Shown here: piece by piece, positions 34,412 through 44,669 of the stretch
Numbering within the stretch: position 1 is the first letter of the stretch
Layout: each line of letters opens with the position of its first letter
Origin: Clostridia bacterium
Lineage (GTDB): Bacteria > Bacillota > Clostridia > Oscillospirales > CAG-272
Reading direction: 5' to 3'
Length of the DNA: 64,000 nt
NCBI GenBank assembly: GCA_017456895.1
Contig: JAFTIN010000006.1
Span: 5,511-69,510 of the forward strand
Program-made: the position numbers and the translations under genes
Notes under the pieces: generated by a model
What the model saw: only the letters and a program-made list of their open reading frames with translations
What the model was told of the DNA's origin: nothing
Databases searched by the model: none

Positions 34412-37400
34412 TTAATGGTAAAGCTCAAATACTGCGGAAAGTCCGCCCTGATGAAGGACTACCTGATCCGCGGTAGCAAATGCAGTGATGATAGCCGCAG
34501 TATCGGGAGATCCTGTACCGATAGCAAGTCCGTTCATATCGTAGAAGGTACCGGACTCGCCCTCTTGTACGAAGTAGATGGTGTGTGCCGTGCCGTCAGG
34601 ACCTACTGCGGTAAGGAAGGGAGCGCCTGCCTGGAAGTAAGAATTCTGAAGGATAGCAGCCCATTCTGCCTCGAAGTTCTCGGTCGCTTCATACCATCTC
34701 TCAACGCCTATACCGTCGAAGGTCGCAGTGCCTTGGATCATACCGTCGGTGAGAGCGTCTGTGCTGGAGCCTCTGGGCATAAGGATCGCCTTGATATTCA
34801 TCTTGCCCTGACTGTCTACCCAGGTCGCATTCACGGTGTTGCCCATCGCACCGGTTACGGTGGAAACGAGCTGATCAAGACCGCCGCCGAGCGCCTTGAT
34901 ATTACCTACGATACCGGTTGCGCCGACCGCCTTGAACCATACCTCCTCACCTGTTACGTGAGTCTCGATCACAGAGCCGTTGACCGTGGTTACGGGGCTA
35001 TAGTAGGATTCTGTGCCGTTTACGTTCTCCTTAACGCTCTGGGAGATAATGACGGGTCCGCCCGAGCCGTTGATGTAGCTGTTCTCTATGTTGAGCGTGG
35101 AGTCAGCCCATACGAACGCGCTGTTCTGATAGGAGTCGTAGCACTTGGAGTCCGTCACGCTAAGTGTGCCGGAGTAGTCCGGGAAGTAAGCGATGAAGAA
35201 GGAGTTGTTGACCGTGTTGGTCATAGCGGTGCTTGCGTATCTCGCAGACTTAAGAAGGATAAGTCCGCCTGCGGTAACAAGATTGCCGTCGGTCTCACCG
35301 TCCACCCAATTGTCTCTGGACGCGTTGCCGATGAAGGTAATATTCTCAATGGAGATCTCGGGAACTGCTACGGGAGTCCAGTTGGAGGAGATAGCCTCGA
35401 ACATAAAGAGTGTTGCGTTGGAGTAATCGTCGCCGTAATCAAGATCGAGGTCGGCATCGAATACTGCGGGAGATGCGATAAGCGGGAAGTTCCTCGTATC
35501 GATAGCGAAGAAGTTACCCTCGATCACAAAATCGGAGGAGCCTGTGCGTCTGTAAATAAAGGTACCGTCAATAAGGTACTTAGTTCCTTCAGGAGCAACG
35601 CTCGTATCTACTACCTCACCGTCAACGATCTTGTAATAGGTTACGTCCTTTTTAGACACGTTGAAGAAGGATGCGGGAACATCGGACGCGCTGATGTGAA
35701 TGTCGTTGTGGATAACGATGCCTGCGGGAGATACGCCTGTAAGACCCTTGTCTGCCTTGAATGCATTCCAATCATCGCGCCCGGTGTAGTTATCGATAAC
35801 GGCAAGCTGCCATGCCTCGTATACGTTGTAGGCGTCGATTACGCGTGCCTCAAGAACGAGAGGATTGGTATTGTTGAGTATATAATACTCATCCGAGGGA
35901 AGAACGCTGATCTTTATCTTCTCGGCAACAGCCTTGAAGCTGTAAAGTCCGTTATAGGTATCAACCACAGCAAAGAGCTCGGAGCCAAGATAATAGGAAA
36001 CCATAGTAGGCTTCTGAGGATCTTGGGTCTTTTCAAGCAGGACGTACTCGCTTCCGTCGTGATAATAGATATCAACGTCGGTATAGTAGGAGGAAAGCGA
36101 CTTAGGAGAGCCGTTATCGAGAACCGAGAACAGAGGATTGAGTCTGAACTCGTTGTCGTCACCGATAGTATAGAGCTTGCCGCCGTTAAGGAACTGACCG
36201 GAGAAGCCGGTGTCGCCGTAGTTAAGCGTGCCTGCGTTCTTGTTATCGCTGTCGAAGGAGGTGAGGCTGCCGGGCTTCTCAAACTGAGTTACGGTAGGCT
36301 TTGCCTCGATCACGGTAACCTGGAAGGTAGCGCCTGCGGTCTCGTTGTTCACCTCGTCGGTGAAGCTGACGGCAACGGTCTTGGTACCTGCTAGGGAGGT
36401 GTCGACAGTGCCGACGGTGAGCTTATCATAGCCGAGCTCAACGACCTTGCCGCTGAGGTAAGTAACGGTAATGGTAAGACCTGTGAAGTCGGGGGTCTCG
36501 CCTACCTCGTAGGAGGTATCGAAGCTGCCGCCAACGGTGATGGATGCGATCTCGTTCTTAAGAACGGTGATGGAAATGTTGCCTGCCGCAGCCGTGCCTA
36601 CGTTAACAGCCTTAAGGATAGAGGAGGTGGCAACGGTGCCGCCCGCAACGGTAACCTTAGAGGGATCAACGGTCTCGGTCACGCCCTCAAGATGCGCATA
36701 GGATGCGACAACTACAAGGCCGGTGTAGTCGATGGTCTCGCCTACGTAATAGGTGGTCTTATCGGGCATAGAGGAGATGGAGTATGTGGGGCTGTATACC
36801 TTGATGGTGAGGTAGACGTAGAGTCTGCCCGTAACGGCATCGGTATATGCTATAGAAACGTTAACGCTCTTACCGTTCTTCGCGCCCTCCTTGGTAAGCG
36901 CGGAGATATCGGAGGAAACGATGGTGAGCTCGGTGAGAGGGATATTCTCTACCGCGGGAGTACCGTCGTTATAGGTAACGGTGAGGGTAAGGCCGGTAAG
37001 GTCGAGTGCCTCGCCCTGCTTGTAGTTAAGCTTTACACCCTCGGTGTTAAGCGTGGGAGTTGCAATTATATCACCGACGGCAACGACGAACTCACCGATC
37101 TTTACATCGCCGATCTTGACCTCAACGGGCTTCTGACCGGGGGTAGCGGTAATGTTCTGCTCGTGGACGAAGGTGAGCGATGCAAAGGGCACGCTCTCGC
37201 TCCTGCCGAAGTGGTATACCGCGGTAACCGCGATGCCATCGAAGGAGACGGTGTCACCCTCGAAATAGGTGAGAGTCATACCCGAGGTGTCAACGGTGTA
37301 GCTCTCGATGGCGTCGACCTTGACGGTGAAGCTGTCAGAGCCCTGTACACCCGAGATGGGGTCGAGGTAATGAACGATGACCGTCTTTTCGCCCGCTGTG

Positions 37401-38182
37401 CTCATATCAAGAGTGTCCGCGGTGAAGTCGGTGACCGTCCTCGTCTCGCCGTTCTCGTAGCTGACGGTAAGGGTAAGTCCGGAAAGGTCAAGCACGTCGC
37501 CTGCCATATATTCGGTCTTTACGTTCTCGGAGTTAAGAAGAGTCTCGGTGATCGCGGGATACTTAACGGTAACCGTGATCGCGCCTGCGCTCTTACCGTC
37601 GTAGGTCACGACGATATTCTTGGAGCCGGGGGCCGCGGTGATATCGGTGGAGTAGCTATAGGAGATCTTGGTAAGATCGGTCATTTCTACGTCAGCACCG
37701 CCGTTTGTGAACTTCTCAATAACCTTCACGCCCGTGAAGTCGACGTCCTCACCCACAAAGTAGGTGGTCTTCATACCCGAGCAGTCGACCTCGTAGCCTG
37801 CGTGCTTAGGTGCGTTGGGATCCTCGGAAACGGTGATCTGCACGTAAGCCTTCTGCTCTACGTTAAGGTTGGGGTCAAGGAAGGAGACGGTGACAGTCTT
37901 CTGACCCGGGGTCGCAGTGATGTCGTCGTCATAGGTGATGGTGAGCTCATCAAAGGTGTAGACCTTAGTGAGAGACTCGTCTGAGTAAACGGCTGTCGCC
38001 TGTATACCGGAGAAGTCGATCTCCTCGCCGACGTAGTAAGCAGTCTTTACCGTCGAGCGGTCTACGGTAAAGCTCTTAAGGCTAAGAGAGCCGGTAAGTA
38101 AGGTACAGGATGCCATAACGAGGAGCACGCTGACAAGCAGGAGTGCCGTTATGACCTTTTTGGATGTGCGAGGTGTTTTCAT
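34412..38182 (-). CDS. 1256-aa surface lipoprotein: 7 Big_3-like Ig repeats + ~630-aa beta-helix-like C-terminal region
   Basis: Lipobox LLVMASC. Seven repeats of the pattern Y.VGE.(I/L)D(F/L)(S/T)G(I/L)...V.Y. The C-terminal half has PbH1-like segments (IENITFIGNA..., NIENSYINGSGGPVII). Confidence 0.85.
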   Translation of the reverse strand: MKTPRTSKKVITALLLVSVLLVMASCTLLTGSLSLKSFTVDRSTVKTAYYVGEEIDFSGIQATAVYSDESLTKVYTFDELTITYDDDITATPGQKTVTVSFLDPNLNVEQKAYVQITVSEDPNAPKHAGYEVDCSGMKTTYFVGEDVDFTGVKVIEKFTNGGADVEMTDLTKISYSYSTDITAAPGSKNIVVTYDGKSAGAITVTVKYPAITETLLNSENVKTEYMAGDVLDLSGLTLTVSYENGETRTVTDFTADTLDMSTAGEKTVIVHYLDPISGVQGSDSFTVKVDAIESYTVDTSGMTLTYFEGDTVSFDGIAVTAVYHFGRSESVPFASLTFVHEQNITATPGQKPVEVKIGDVKIGEFVVAVGDIIATPTLNTEGVKLNYKQGEALDLTGLTLTVTYNDGTPAVENIPLTELTIVSSDISALTKEGAKNGKSVNVSIAYTDAVTGRLYVYLTIKVYSPTYSISSMPDKTTYYVGETIDYTGLVVVASYAHLEGVTETVDPSKVTVAGGTVATSSILKAVNVGTAAAGNISITVLKNEIASITVGGSFDTSYEVGETPDFTGLTITVTYLSGKVVELGYDKLTVGTVDTSLAGTKTVAVSFTDEVNNETAGATFQVTVIEAKPTVTQFEKPGSLTSFDSDNKNAGTLNYGDTGFSGQFLNGGKLYTIGDDNEFRLNPLFSVLDNGSPKSLSSYYTDVDIYYHDGSEYVLLEKTQDPQKPTMVSYYLGSELFAVVDTYNGLYSFKAVAEKIKISVLPSDEYYILNNTNPLVLEARVIDAYNVYEAWQLAVIDNYTGRDDWNAFKADKGLTGVSPAGIVIHNDIHISASDVPASFFNVSKKDVTYYKIVDGEVVDTSVAPEGTKYLIDGTFIYRRTGSSDFVIEGNFFAIDTRNFPLIASPAVFDADLDLDYGDDYSNATLFMFEAISSNWTPVAVPEISIENITFIGNASRDNWVDGETDGNLVTAGGLILLKSARYASTAMTNTVNNSFFIAYFPDYSGTLSVTDSKCYDSYQNSAFVWADSTLNIENSYINGSGGPVIISQSVKENVNGTESYYSPVTTVNGSVIETHVTGEEVWFKAVGATGIVGNIKALGGGLDQLVSTVTGAMGNTVNATWVDSQGKMNIKAILMPRGSSTDALTDGMIQGTATFDGIGVERWYEATENFEAEWAAILQNSYFQAGAPFLTAVGPDGTAHTIYFVQEGESGTFYDMNGLAIGTGSPDTAAIITAFATADQVVLHQGGLSAVFELYH

Positions 38183-38237
38183 TTCTTAGAAATCCTCCTT
38201 GTATTTTTTATTTATATATTTCTGTATTTTGTTAACT

Positions 38238-38744
38238 TTAGTTTGCTTGTGAGCGCCCCATTATGGAAACACTGGTGCTCTTGTTAGATCCGTCAGTCGC
38301 CTTAATCGTGATGGTAAAGACGGTATCGGGCTTCAGAAAGACAAAGGTCTTGCTCACCTCGTGAAAGACTGCAACGCCCTGCATAGCCGCCTCGTCAAAC
38401 TCAAATCTGACGCCTGTCTCATCGGCAAGATGAGGCATTACCTCGTAGTTGATCTGGACTGCGTTCGGGTTGGTGATAACGCTCTCGTCATCCGCGGTGT
38501 ACTCTGCCCCGCCCGGTGCGGGAATAAAGTCGAAGATGAAAAGAGGTATATCGTGCATAGGACCGATGTAGTCCGAGGGGGTCAGGGTCTTCGGATTCTC
38601 ATTCTGTACCGTGACGGTATCGCACTGAATATTGGATACGTAGGTGATGCCGTCAAAGATCTTGACCTCGAGGCCAAAGAAATTTACTATCGCTATCGAG
38701 GCGATATACACAGCGAGAATTATAATTACTATCGTCTTTTTCAT
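38238..38744 (-). CDS. small N-terminally anchored beta-sandwich-like protein
   Basis: 168 aa with a single N-terminal TM (MKKTIVIIILAVYIASIAIVNFF). ATG lies 2 nt after the upstream stop. Confidence 0.7.
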   Translation of the reverse strand: MKKTIVIIILAVYIASIAIVNFFGLEVKIFDGITYVSNIQCDTVTVQNENPKTLTPSDYIGPMHDIPLFIFDFIPAPGGAEYTADDESVITNPNAVQINYEVMPHLADETGVRFEFDEAAMQGVAVFHEVSKTFVFLKPDTVFTITIKATDGSNKSTSVSIMGRSQAN

Positions 38745-38746
38745 TA

Positions 38747-40441
38747 TTACTTCTCCTTATAAAACGCCTTGATCTTGGAAACATAGGTGACCGCCTTGAA
38801 CGAGGCGAGTATAACGGTCACTACAGCAAGCTTTGTCCACACGCCGCTATTCGACTTTGACGAGAGGAAAAGCGCAACGATAAACACTACCGCGGAGATA
38901 AGAACAGCAAGAATAGCCGAGCCGGACTCGTTAGGGTTATTCGACTGCTCGCTGAAGGTGGCGTACTGCTCGTATTGAGGGTTCATAATATCACGCTCCG
39001 CGCTCATAAAGAGGTGAGAGACGTATACTGCGTAAACGGTGATGCCGAACATAAGTGAATCCGTCCTTGAAAGCGAGGTAAAGCCCGCAAAGATCGAGAC
39101 GGTAGCCACCGTGCCGATAAGGGAGATCACCATCGGGAAGAACAGCTTTGAATAAAGGAGGACGGCATACGGAGTGGGTTGCACCTTGTTAAGGTAGGAG
39201 CTGGAGCCGTCTCGACTATATACTGATGCAAGACTAATGTTGGTCATAAGAAGAATGAGAAGTATTATCATTGCATTAAAGCAGACGGTCATCTGCTTAC
39301 CGGTATAGTCAAGATTCATTGATGAATAAAGCTTGTTGAGTAGATATATCGCCATAGGCATGATTACAATAAGAATGCCTGCAAGCTTAATAAAGTAGTT
39401 AGAGCGAAGGCCGCTCGTCCACTCCTTTTTAATAGCGGAGAGGAAGGGCGAAAGCTTCCTGTTTCTCCTCTCCTTTGCGGCATTTTTCTTCTTGAACTCG
39501 AATGGAGTCGCAGCCATACGGCAAAACAATGGCTTCGAGATAAGGAAGCAAAGGACAAGCGCGATCATATCCACGAGCCCGAGAACCAAAAGACTCTTTA
39601 CTGTCTCAGAGTGAAAAATGATATTGGTAAGACCGACAGTCTTGCCCACTATGAGCTCAGTGAACTTGTAGATCGGGGAGAATATCTCCGTATAGGACTT
39701 AAGGAAATTCTGTATATCCCAATAGGTCTCGCCCCATGACTCAATGAAATTGATGTCAGCGGGAATGATGCGGAGCACCGCCCAAAGAAGGGCTATACCA
39801 ACCACCGCCGCAAGCGAATAAAGAACATACTGAAGCACCTTAACACGGTTTAAAAACACGTAAATGTACATCGCGGGGATCGAGAGAAGCGCAGAAATAA
39901 GCACGGGCACCGTAGATATAAGCACAAACATCACAAAGAGCCAAGGATAGTAATACGCTCCATAACCCTTAGCAATTCCGAAGGCGATGAACATCGGTAT
40001 AGTGAACATAAAGCTCTTACGTATCTCGTATACGTAGTAGGTTGCAAGCTTGGATAGAAATATAAGAGAGGGAGTCGCCGGGAACGTAAGAAGCACCGAA
40101 TTATCCTTGGAAAAATACAGCGACTTCATAAGTCCCGCCGTGTCGGTCACAACCGACAGAAGAAGCATTACTCCAAACACGATCGATATGACCGAGACCG
40201 GTATATCCCGCACGAGCGAAAACAGGCCGAGCAGCTTCACGTAACTGAAGAGGACAGTCAGCACTGCAGTTATCGCCGCAAACTCTATAAGCAACCATAC
40301 GAGCTTGAATATCAGTCTGCGCGTCGAGCGAAGATAGCTTAGATCCATCTTCTCCTTCAGTTGCATTTTGACAAGAGTCAAAAGTGCGGAAAGCGACTCG
40401 CGTATCGATTCAAGGCAGAATGTGTTTTTCACCTTCGTCAT
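38747..40441 (-). CDS. multi-pass membrane protein, putative ABC-exporter permease
   Basis: 564 aa, >=12 hydrophobic segments. ATGA overlap with the upstream ABC ATPase fusion gene. I recall the Pfam 'putative ABC exporter' family as similar in size and context (unverified). Confidence 0.75.
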   Translation of the reverse strand: MTKVKNTFCLESIRESLSALLTLVKMQLKEKMDLSYLRSTRRLIFKLVWLLIEFAAITAVLTVLFSYVKLLGLFSLVRDIPVSVISIVFGVMLLLSVVTDTAGLMKSLYFSKDNSVLLTFPATPSLIFLSKLATYYVYEIRKSFMFTIPMFIAFGIAKGYGAYYYPWLFVMFVLISTVPVLISALLSIPAMYIYVFLNRVKVLQYVLYSLAAVVGIALLWAVLRIIPADINFIESWGETYWDIQNFLKSYTEIFSPIYKFTELIVGKTVGLTNIIFHSETVKSLLVLGLVDMIALVLCFLISKPLFCRMAATPFEFKKKNAAKERRNRKLSPFLSAIKKEWTSGLRSNYFIKLAGILIVIMPMAIYLLNKLYSSMNLDYTGKQMTVCFNAMIILLILLMTNISLASVYSRDGSSSYLNKVQPTPYAVLLYSKLFFPMVISLIGTVATVSIFAGFTSLSRTDSLMFGITVYAVYVSHLFMSAERDIMNPQYEQYATFSEQSNNPNESGSAILAVLISAVVFIVALFLSSKSNSGVWTKLAVVTVILASFKAVTYVSKIKAFYKEK

Positions 40442-42708
40442 ACGGTCACTCCCTTGGCAACTCTTTCCCTCTCCTCGGCCTCTTTAAGAGATACCGGCGG
40501 ATGGGTGTTGCCGTCAATAGTGTTCATATAGAAGGTCTCGAGCGGTACCCCGCTCTCCTTGATCTCAGCAACAGTTTTGGTGGTGAGGATCTGACCCTTA
40601 CGGATAATGGCGATCCTGTCGCAGATGTTCTCAACGACATCAATAATATGGCTGGAGAAGAAGACTATGTTACCCTTTGCCGCATGCTCCTTCATACACT
40701 CCTTGACCTGGAAGATGGACTCCGGATCAAGGCCTGTGAGGGGCTCGTCGAGTATCCATATCTTCGGATTATGGACGAGGGCGGACATAATGGTTATCTT
40801 CTGCTTCATACCGTGGGAGTAGGTCTTCATTGGGTTGTCTATTGATCCCTCAAGACGGAATCTGGCAACGTACTCCGCAATCCTCTCATCTCGGTCCTGC
40901 TCCGAGACCTTGTATAGGTCAGCGATATAATTGACATACTCTCGGCCGGTGAGGTTCTCATAGAGAGCGTAATGATCGGGAACGAATCCTATCTGCATCT
41001 TAGCACCTACAGACTGCTTGTCCACGTCGTAACCTGAAACCTCGATCTCACCCGAGGTGATGGTCTGTATGCCTACTATGGATTTAATTATTGTTGACTT
41101 GCCCGCGCCGTTAGGACCGAGGAAGCCGAATATCTGTCCTCCCTCTATCTCGAGGTTGGCGTCATAAACAGCGTAAACGTCGCTGGTGGAATATCTCTTT
41201 GAGAAATGACGGAGGATAAGCTTACCCTCGTTTTCAGGATTCATAGGCTCTTGCATACTTCTACCTGCAAGATGCACCTCCAGAGCGAGTCTGTCAGCCT
41301 TTATCTTGCGGTTCCTTTCCATAATGATTGCGTATGTGTCGGTTATCTCGAATATCTGCTCGTATAGGAACCACATAGCGAATGAAAGAACTATGTAGAC
41401 CACAAAATAAATGAGCTGATATACGGGATAAAGTATAAATTTGAAGTCTCCGATCTTTAGGATCGTGTTAATGTCAAAGGTGATATCTCTCAGGTCCTCC
41501 GCCCAGTCGCCGAGCTTGGACGCGACAAAGTCGGAGTTGATGAAGAAGAAGTCGGTCTCGTTGCCCATACCCGTGAGCACGGCGTTCGCCACGAGGACGA
41601 AGGCGTAGTAGCAGAAGAAGGCGATGAGAGAGTAGGCAAACTGCTTCATCTTCGGGCGTCTGAAGATGCCGAGTGTCATAATAAGCACGGGAAGCGCGAA
41701 GGCAATATAGTGGTTGAACCAGAACTCGAAGGTCCTCGTGGCAAGCCAATTCGCACCGTCGGTGTTCGGCATTATCATCGCTAAGAATGCGCCGAGCACG
41801 TTAATGAATATCGTGAAGTAATAGAGTTTCTCCATCCTGAAGATCAGGACCAGAGGGATGATGAACATCGCTGTATTGCAAAGGTGGAGCGGCCAGTCCT
41901 CAAGGTGGAGGAAGGTCGAGAAGTCGTACTTAAAGCAGAAGGAGATCATCGTCGCTATGCTTATGTAAAGAAGGGCGTATCTCTTCTGCTCATAGGTGCG
42001 CTTTCTCAATAAGAAGTGTATCGCAAAGATAAACACGAGCGAGCCGTAAAGCACTATTCTGTGATACACGTTGAAGTCGTCGACCTTGATCGCGCTGTTG
42101 CCAAATCCGAAGATCGCCTGCGGTGCCCACGCGGGAAGATTAATAAGGAACATTCCGACGAAGATGAGGGCTGTGGTGAGCCACCCTTTTGCCGTCTGCT
42201 TTATCCTCACACCATCAAGGAGAAGCCTTGAGGAAAGACCGAGTCCGACACCGAGCTCAAGAGCAAAGATGAGGCTGCGCCAGTGAAAGACGTCGGCAAG
42301 CTCGCCGTCCATACCGCGGCAGAGCATCGGAAGAGCGATTATCGAGACGAGATACACCGCGGGCGCAACGTAGCGAACAATGGGTGTCACCCTCGGCAGA
42401 TGCTCCTCGAAGAATACGTAGCTAACAACGGTAAGCTGAACCGTAAATATGAGCCAAAGAAGAAGGACCGAGAAAAAGGCCTTTACACTTCCCGTCGCAC
42501 CGAACGGAGAATAAATGTTGAGTCCTACCGTACTCTGCAGAGCATACTCACCGCCGAACGAGCGTACGAAGAATAGGACGCCGTATAGACAGGCCAAAAG
42601 CTTTTTCATATTTAGATTTTTAAAGAGATTCCTGTCTTTAGTGAAATACAACAGGGCAAATGAGCCTAATGCAAACAGCAGGGCTCCGAGGTAGTAAACG
42701 ACCGTCAA
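40438..42708 (-). CDS. fusion protein: ~480-aa polytopic domain with YwaF/TMEM164-like WPLHLC core + C-terminal ABC ATPase
   Basis: 756 aa, TTG 42708 with GGAGGA 7 nt upstream. WPLHLCN is encoded at 41878..41895. Walker A GPNGAGKST, signature YSHGMKQK, Walker B WILDEP. Confidence 0.85.
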   Translation of the reverse strand: MTVVYYLGALLFALGSFALLYFTKDRNLFKNLNMKKLLACLYGVLFFVRSFGGEYALQSTVGLNIYSPFGATGSVKAFFSVLLLWLIFTVQLTVVSYVFFEEHLPRVTPIVRYVAPAVYLVSIIALPMLCRGMDGELADVFHWRSLIFALELGVGLGLSSRLLLDGVRIKQTAKGWLTTALIFVGMFLINLPAWAPQAIFGFGNSAIKVDDFNVYHRIVLYGSLVFIFAIHFLLRKRTYEQKRYALLYISIATMISFCFKYDFSTFLHLEDWPLHLCNTAMFIIPLVLIFRMEKLYYFTIFINVLGAFLAMIMPNTDGANWLATRTFEFWFNHYIAFALPVLIMTLGIFRRPKMKQFAYSLIAFFCYYAFVLVANAVLTGMGNETDFFFINSDFVASKLGDWAEDLRDITFDINTILKIGDFKFILYPVYQLIYFVVYIVLSFAMWFLYEQIFEITDTYAIIMERNRKIKADRLALEVHLAGRSMQEPMNPENEGKLILRHFSKRYSTSDVYAVYDANLEIEGGQIFGFLGPNGAGKSTIIKSIVGIQTITSGEIEVSGYDVDKQSVGAKMQIGFVPDHYALYENLTGREYVNYIADLYKVSEQDRDERIAEYVARFRLEGSIDNPMKTYSHGMKQKITIMSALVHNPKIWILDEPLTGLDPESIFQVKECMKEHAAKGNIVFFSSHIIDVVENICDRIAIIRKGQILTTKTVAEIKESGVPLETFYMNTIDGNTHPPVSLKEAEERERVAKGVTV

Positions 42709-42767
42709 GGTGTGATCCTCCGATATGTTTATTTAGTGGCAAAATACCGCAAAACATGCAAAAAAAC

Positions 42768-42807
42768 ATGAGTTTGGCTCGAATTATCACACCCGAGCCA
42801 AACTCAT
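42768..42807 (-). terminator. rho-independent terminator of the 5'-nucleotidase gene
   Basis: 14-bp stem atgagtttggctcg/cgagccaaactcat. The minus strand continues gttttttt. Confidence 0.88.
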
Positions 42808-42976
42808 TATAAACAAGAATGCCTATATTGTAAAGTAAAATTAATAAATCTTCATATTTTTTAATAAAGAATAATAATTACAAAGCAGTGCTTTTAATAA
42901 ATCCTTTTCAAAGCGATGAGCGTCGAATTATATTTGCCCAAGACACGGTATGCTTGTACGAACAATCGCACTCAAA

Positions 42977-44596
42977 TCACTCATTCTCACGTCTTTCAAA
43001 ATACATAGCTACAAGATCTCTTGCATAAACGTTCACATCATATCTTGCCACTTCCGTAAGCCTATTGTAAACATAAGTTGACGAATACGTATCAGTAACG
43101 ACATAATACCTCGCATCGAGATCTATGTTGTTTTCAAGATAAGTAAGATCATCACCGTAGATATAGTAATTCTTGTTAGACGTGGTGAGAAACTTGCTAT
43201 ACAGGTCCCTGCCGGATATTGAGCACAGGACGATCTGATTGTCAAACGGGAGAATTGAATAAAGGTCACTGTAGGTCACAGTACCTGCGTAAAGATTATA
43301 AGGACTGCGCGCGGAAATAAATCCTCCGCCGAGAACGATGTCATATTCCTCTCCCCACTTTTCGACGCCCGCTTCATAATAGAGCTTGGCAACCAATTGC
43401 TTAATTGCGGTCGAGGACATATAAGAGGGATTGTTACCAACAACTCTGTATGCCGGCGCGATCTCATCAGCATACCTTGACAGCAGCTCATCGACAAGAG
43501 GGTCTGCACTAAGATTTGTATAAACTCCGGACCTCACGACCTCGGGAGAGAGGACATTTCTGTTCTCGTTCGCAGTATTGTACTTAAGCTTAGCATGAGA
43601 AAGACCGCTATTCTCTCCTCCGCCCTGGATATGATATACCCCTTTTGTATCGTAAAGTACGTAGGACTGATGCGTGTGCGCCTCAAATACGAGATCCACG
43701 TAGCCGTCCGAAAGCTCAATATCGTAATAAGAGGAAAGAGCGCTGTCAGAAACAGCCTTTTTACCCGAGGAGCTCTGGCCGTAGCCATCATGAATAGAAT
43801 AGACGATAAACTCAACACCGAGCGAACGCAGTCTGTCTGCCTCCGCCTTAACGAGCTCGGTAAGCTCGTCACCGACTTTAAAATAAAAGCCGCCAACCAC
43901 TTCGCCTGAGATGGAGGAGTAGCAGTCGCCGATGGCACCAATAATGCCGATCTCTATACCTCCCCTGCTGACGATCACCGAAGGAGTAGCGTAATCTGCC
44001 CTCTCGTTCGTGTCCCTTTCATAGACATTGATAGCAAGAAACGGAAAGTCTGTATTCTCAAGGTTTGAATAGATGTACTCGTCACCCCAGTCATACTCAT
44101 GATTACCGAGAGTCATAGAGACAAAGCCGAGCTCACTCATCCAATCTGTTAGCAGTGCACCGTGAGTAAGATTTGACTCGGAGGTACCCTGCCACATATC
44201 TCCCGTGGAGAGAAGAACGGTATTATCATCGGACACGTTCTTCAGGTAGGTTGTAAGTCCCGAAATGCCGGGCTGGGAATCGCTCTTCACTATCTTACCG
44301 TGAAGGTCGTTTATCGCGTAGACGTCGACAATAACTATTACCGACTCCGAGCAGACGTCGCACAGACCGTTATCGTCAACGTCCCTATGCGAGGTACAAT
44401 CTTCATCGGTATCCGTGCTGCCGCTCTGATCACCGTTATCCCCTGTATCCGAGCTATCGTTTTCACCGCCGGCAGAAGGACCCCCCATTCCGCCAATATC
44501 GTTTGTCGGTCCGAAGAACTCCTTAACTCTGTCCACAAGACCGCAGCCGGTGAGCAGGAAGCACAGAAGCAGGACAAGAGCTATTAATTTTCTCAT
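42977..44596 (-). CDS. lipoprotein 5'-nucleotidase / calcineurin-like metallophosphoesterase
   Basis: Lipobox LLTGC. DLHGK, GDMWQGT, GNHEYDWG motifs. An N-terminal D-rich linker carries CTSHRDVDDNGLCDVC. Confidence 0.88.
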   Translation of the reverse strand: MRKLIALVLLLCFLLTGCGLVDRVKEFFGPTNDIGGMGGPSAGGENDSSDTGDNGDQSGSTDTDEDCTSHRDVDDNGLCDVCSESVIVIVDVYAINDLHGKIVKSDSQPGISGLTTYLKNVSDDNTVLLSTGDMWQGTSESNLTHGALLTDWMSELGFVSMTLGNHEYDWGDEYIYSNLENTDFPFLAINVYERDTNERADYATPSVIVSRGGIEIGIIGAIGDCYSSISGEVVGGFYFKVGDELTELVKAEADRLRSLGVEFIVYSIHDGYGQSSSGKKAVSDSALSSYYDIELSDGYVDLVFEAHTHQSYVLYDTKGVYHIQGGGENSGLSHAKLKYNTANENRNVLSPEVVRSGVYTNLSADPLVDELLSRYADEIAPAYRVVGNNPSYMSSTAIKQLVAKLYYEAGVEKWGEEYDIVLGGGFISARSPYNLYAGTVTYSDLYSILPFDNQIVLCSISGRDLYSKFLTTSNKNYYIYGDDLTYLENNIDLDARYYVVTDTYSSTYVYNRLTEVARYDVNVYARDLVAMYFERRENE

Positions 44597-44640
44597 TTTC
44601 TCTCCTTAACATAATATTTAAAGGACTCGAAAAAACGCAG

Positions 44641-44669
44641 ATTATACGTAATTTCGCCGTATGATGTAA
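44641..44669 (-). promoter_or_regulatory. candidate promoter of the 5'-nucleotidase gene
   Basis: Minus strand reads TTACAT-17 nt-TATAAT. Confidence 0.6.
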
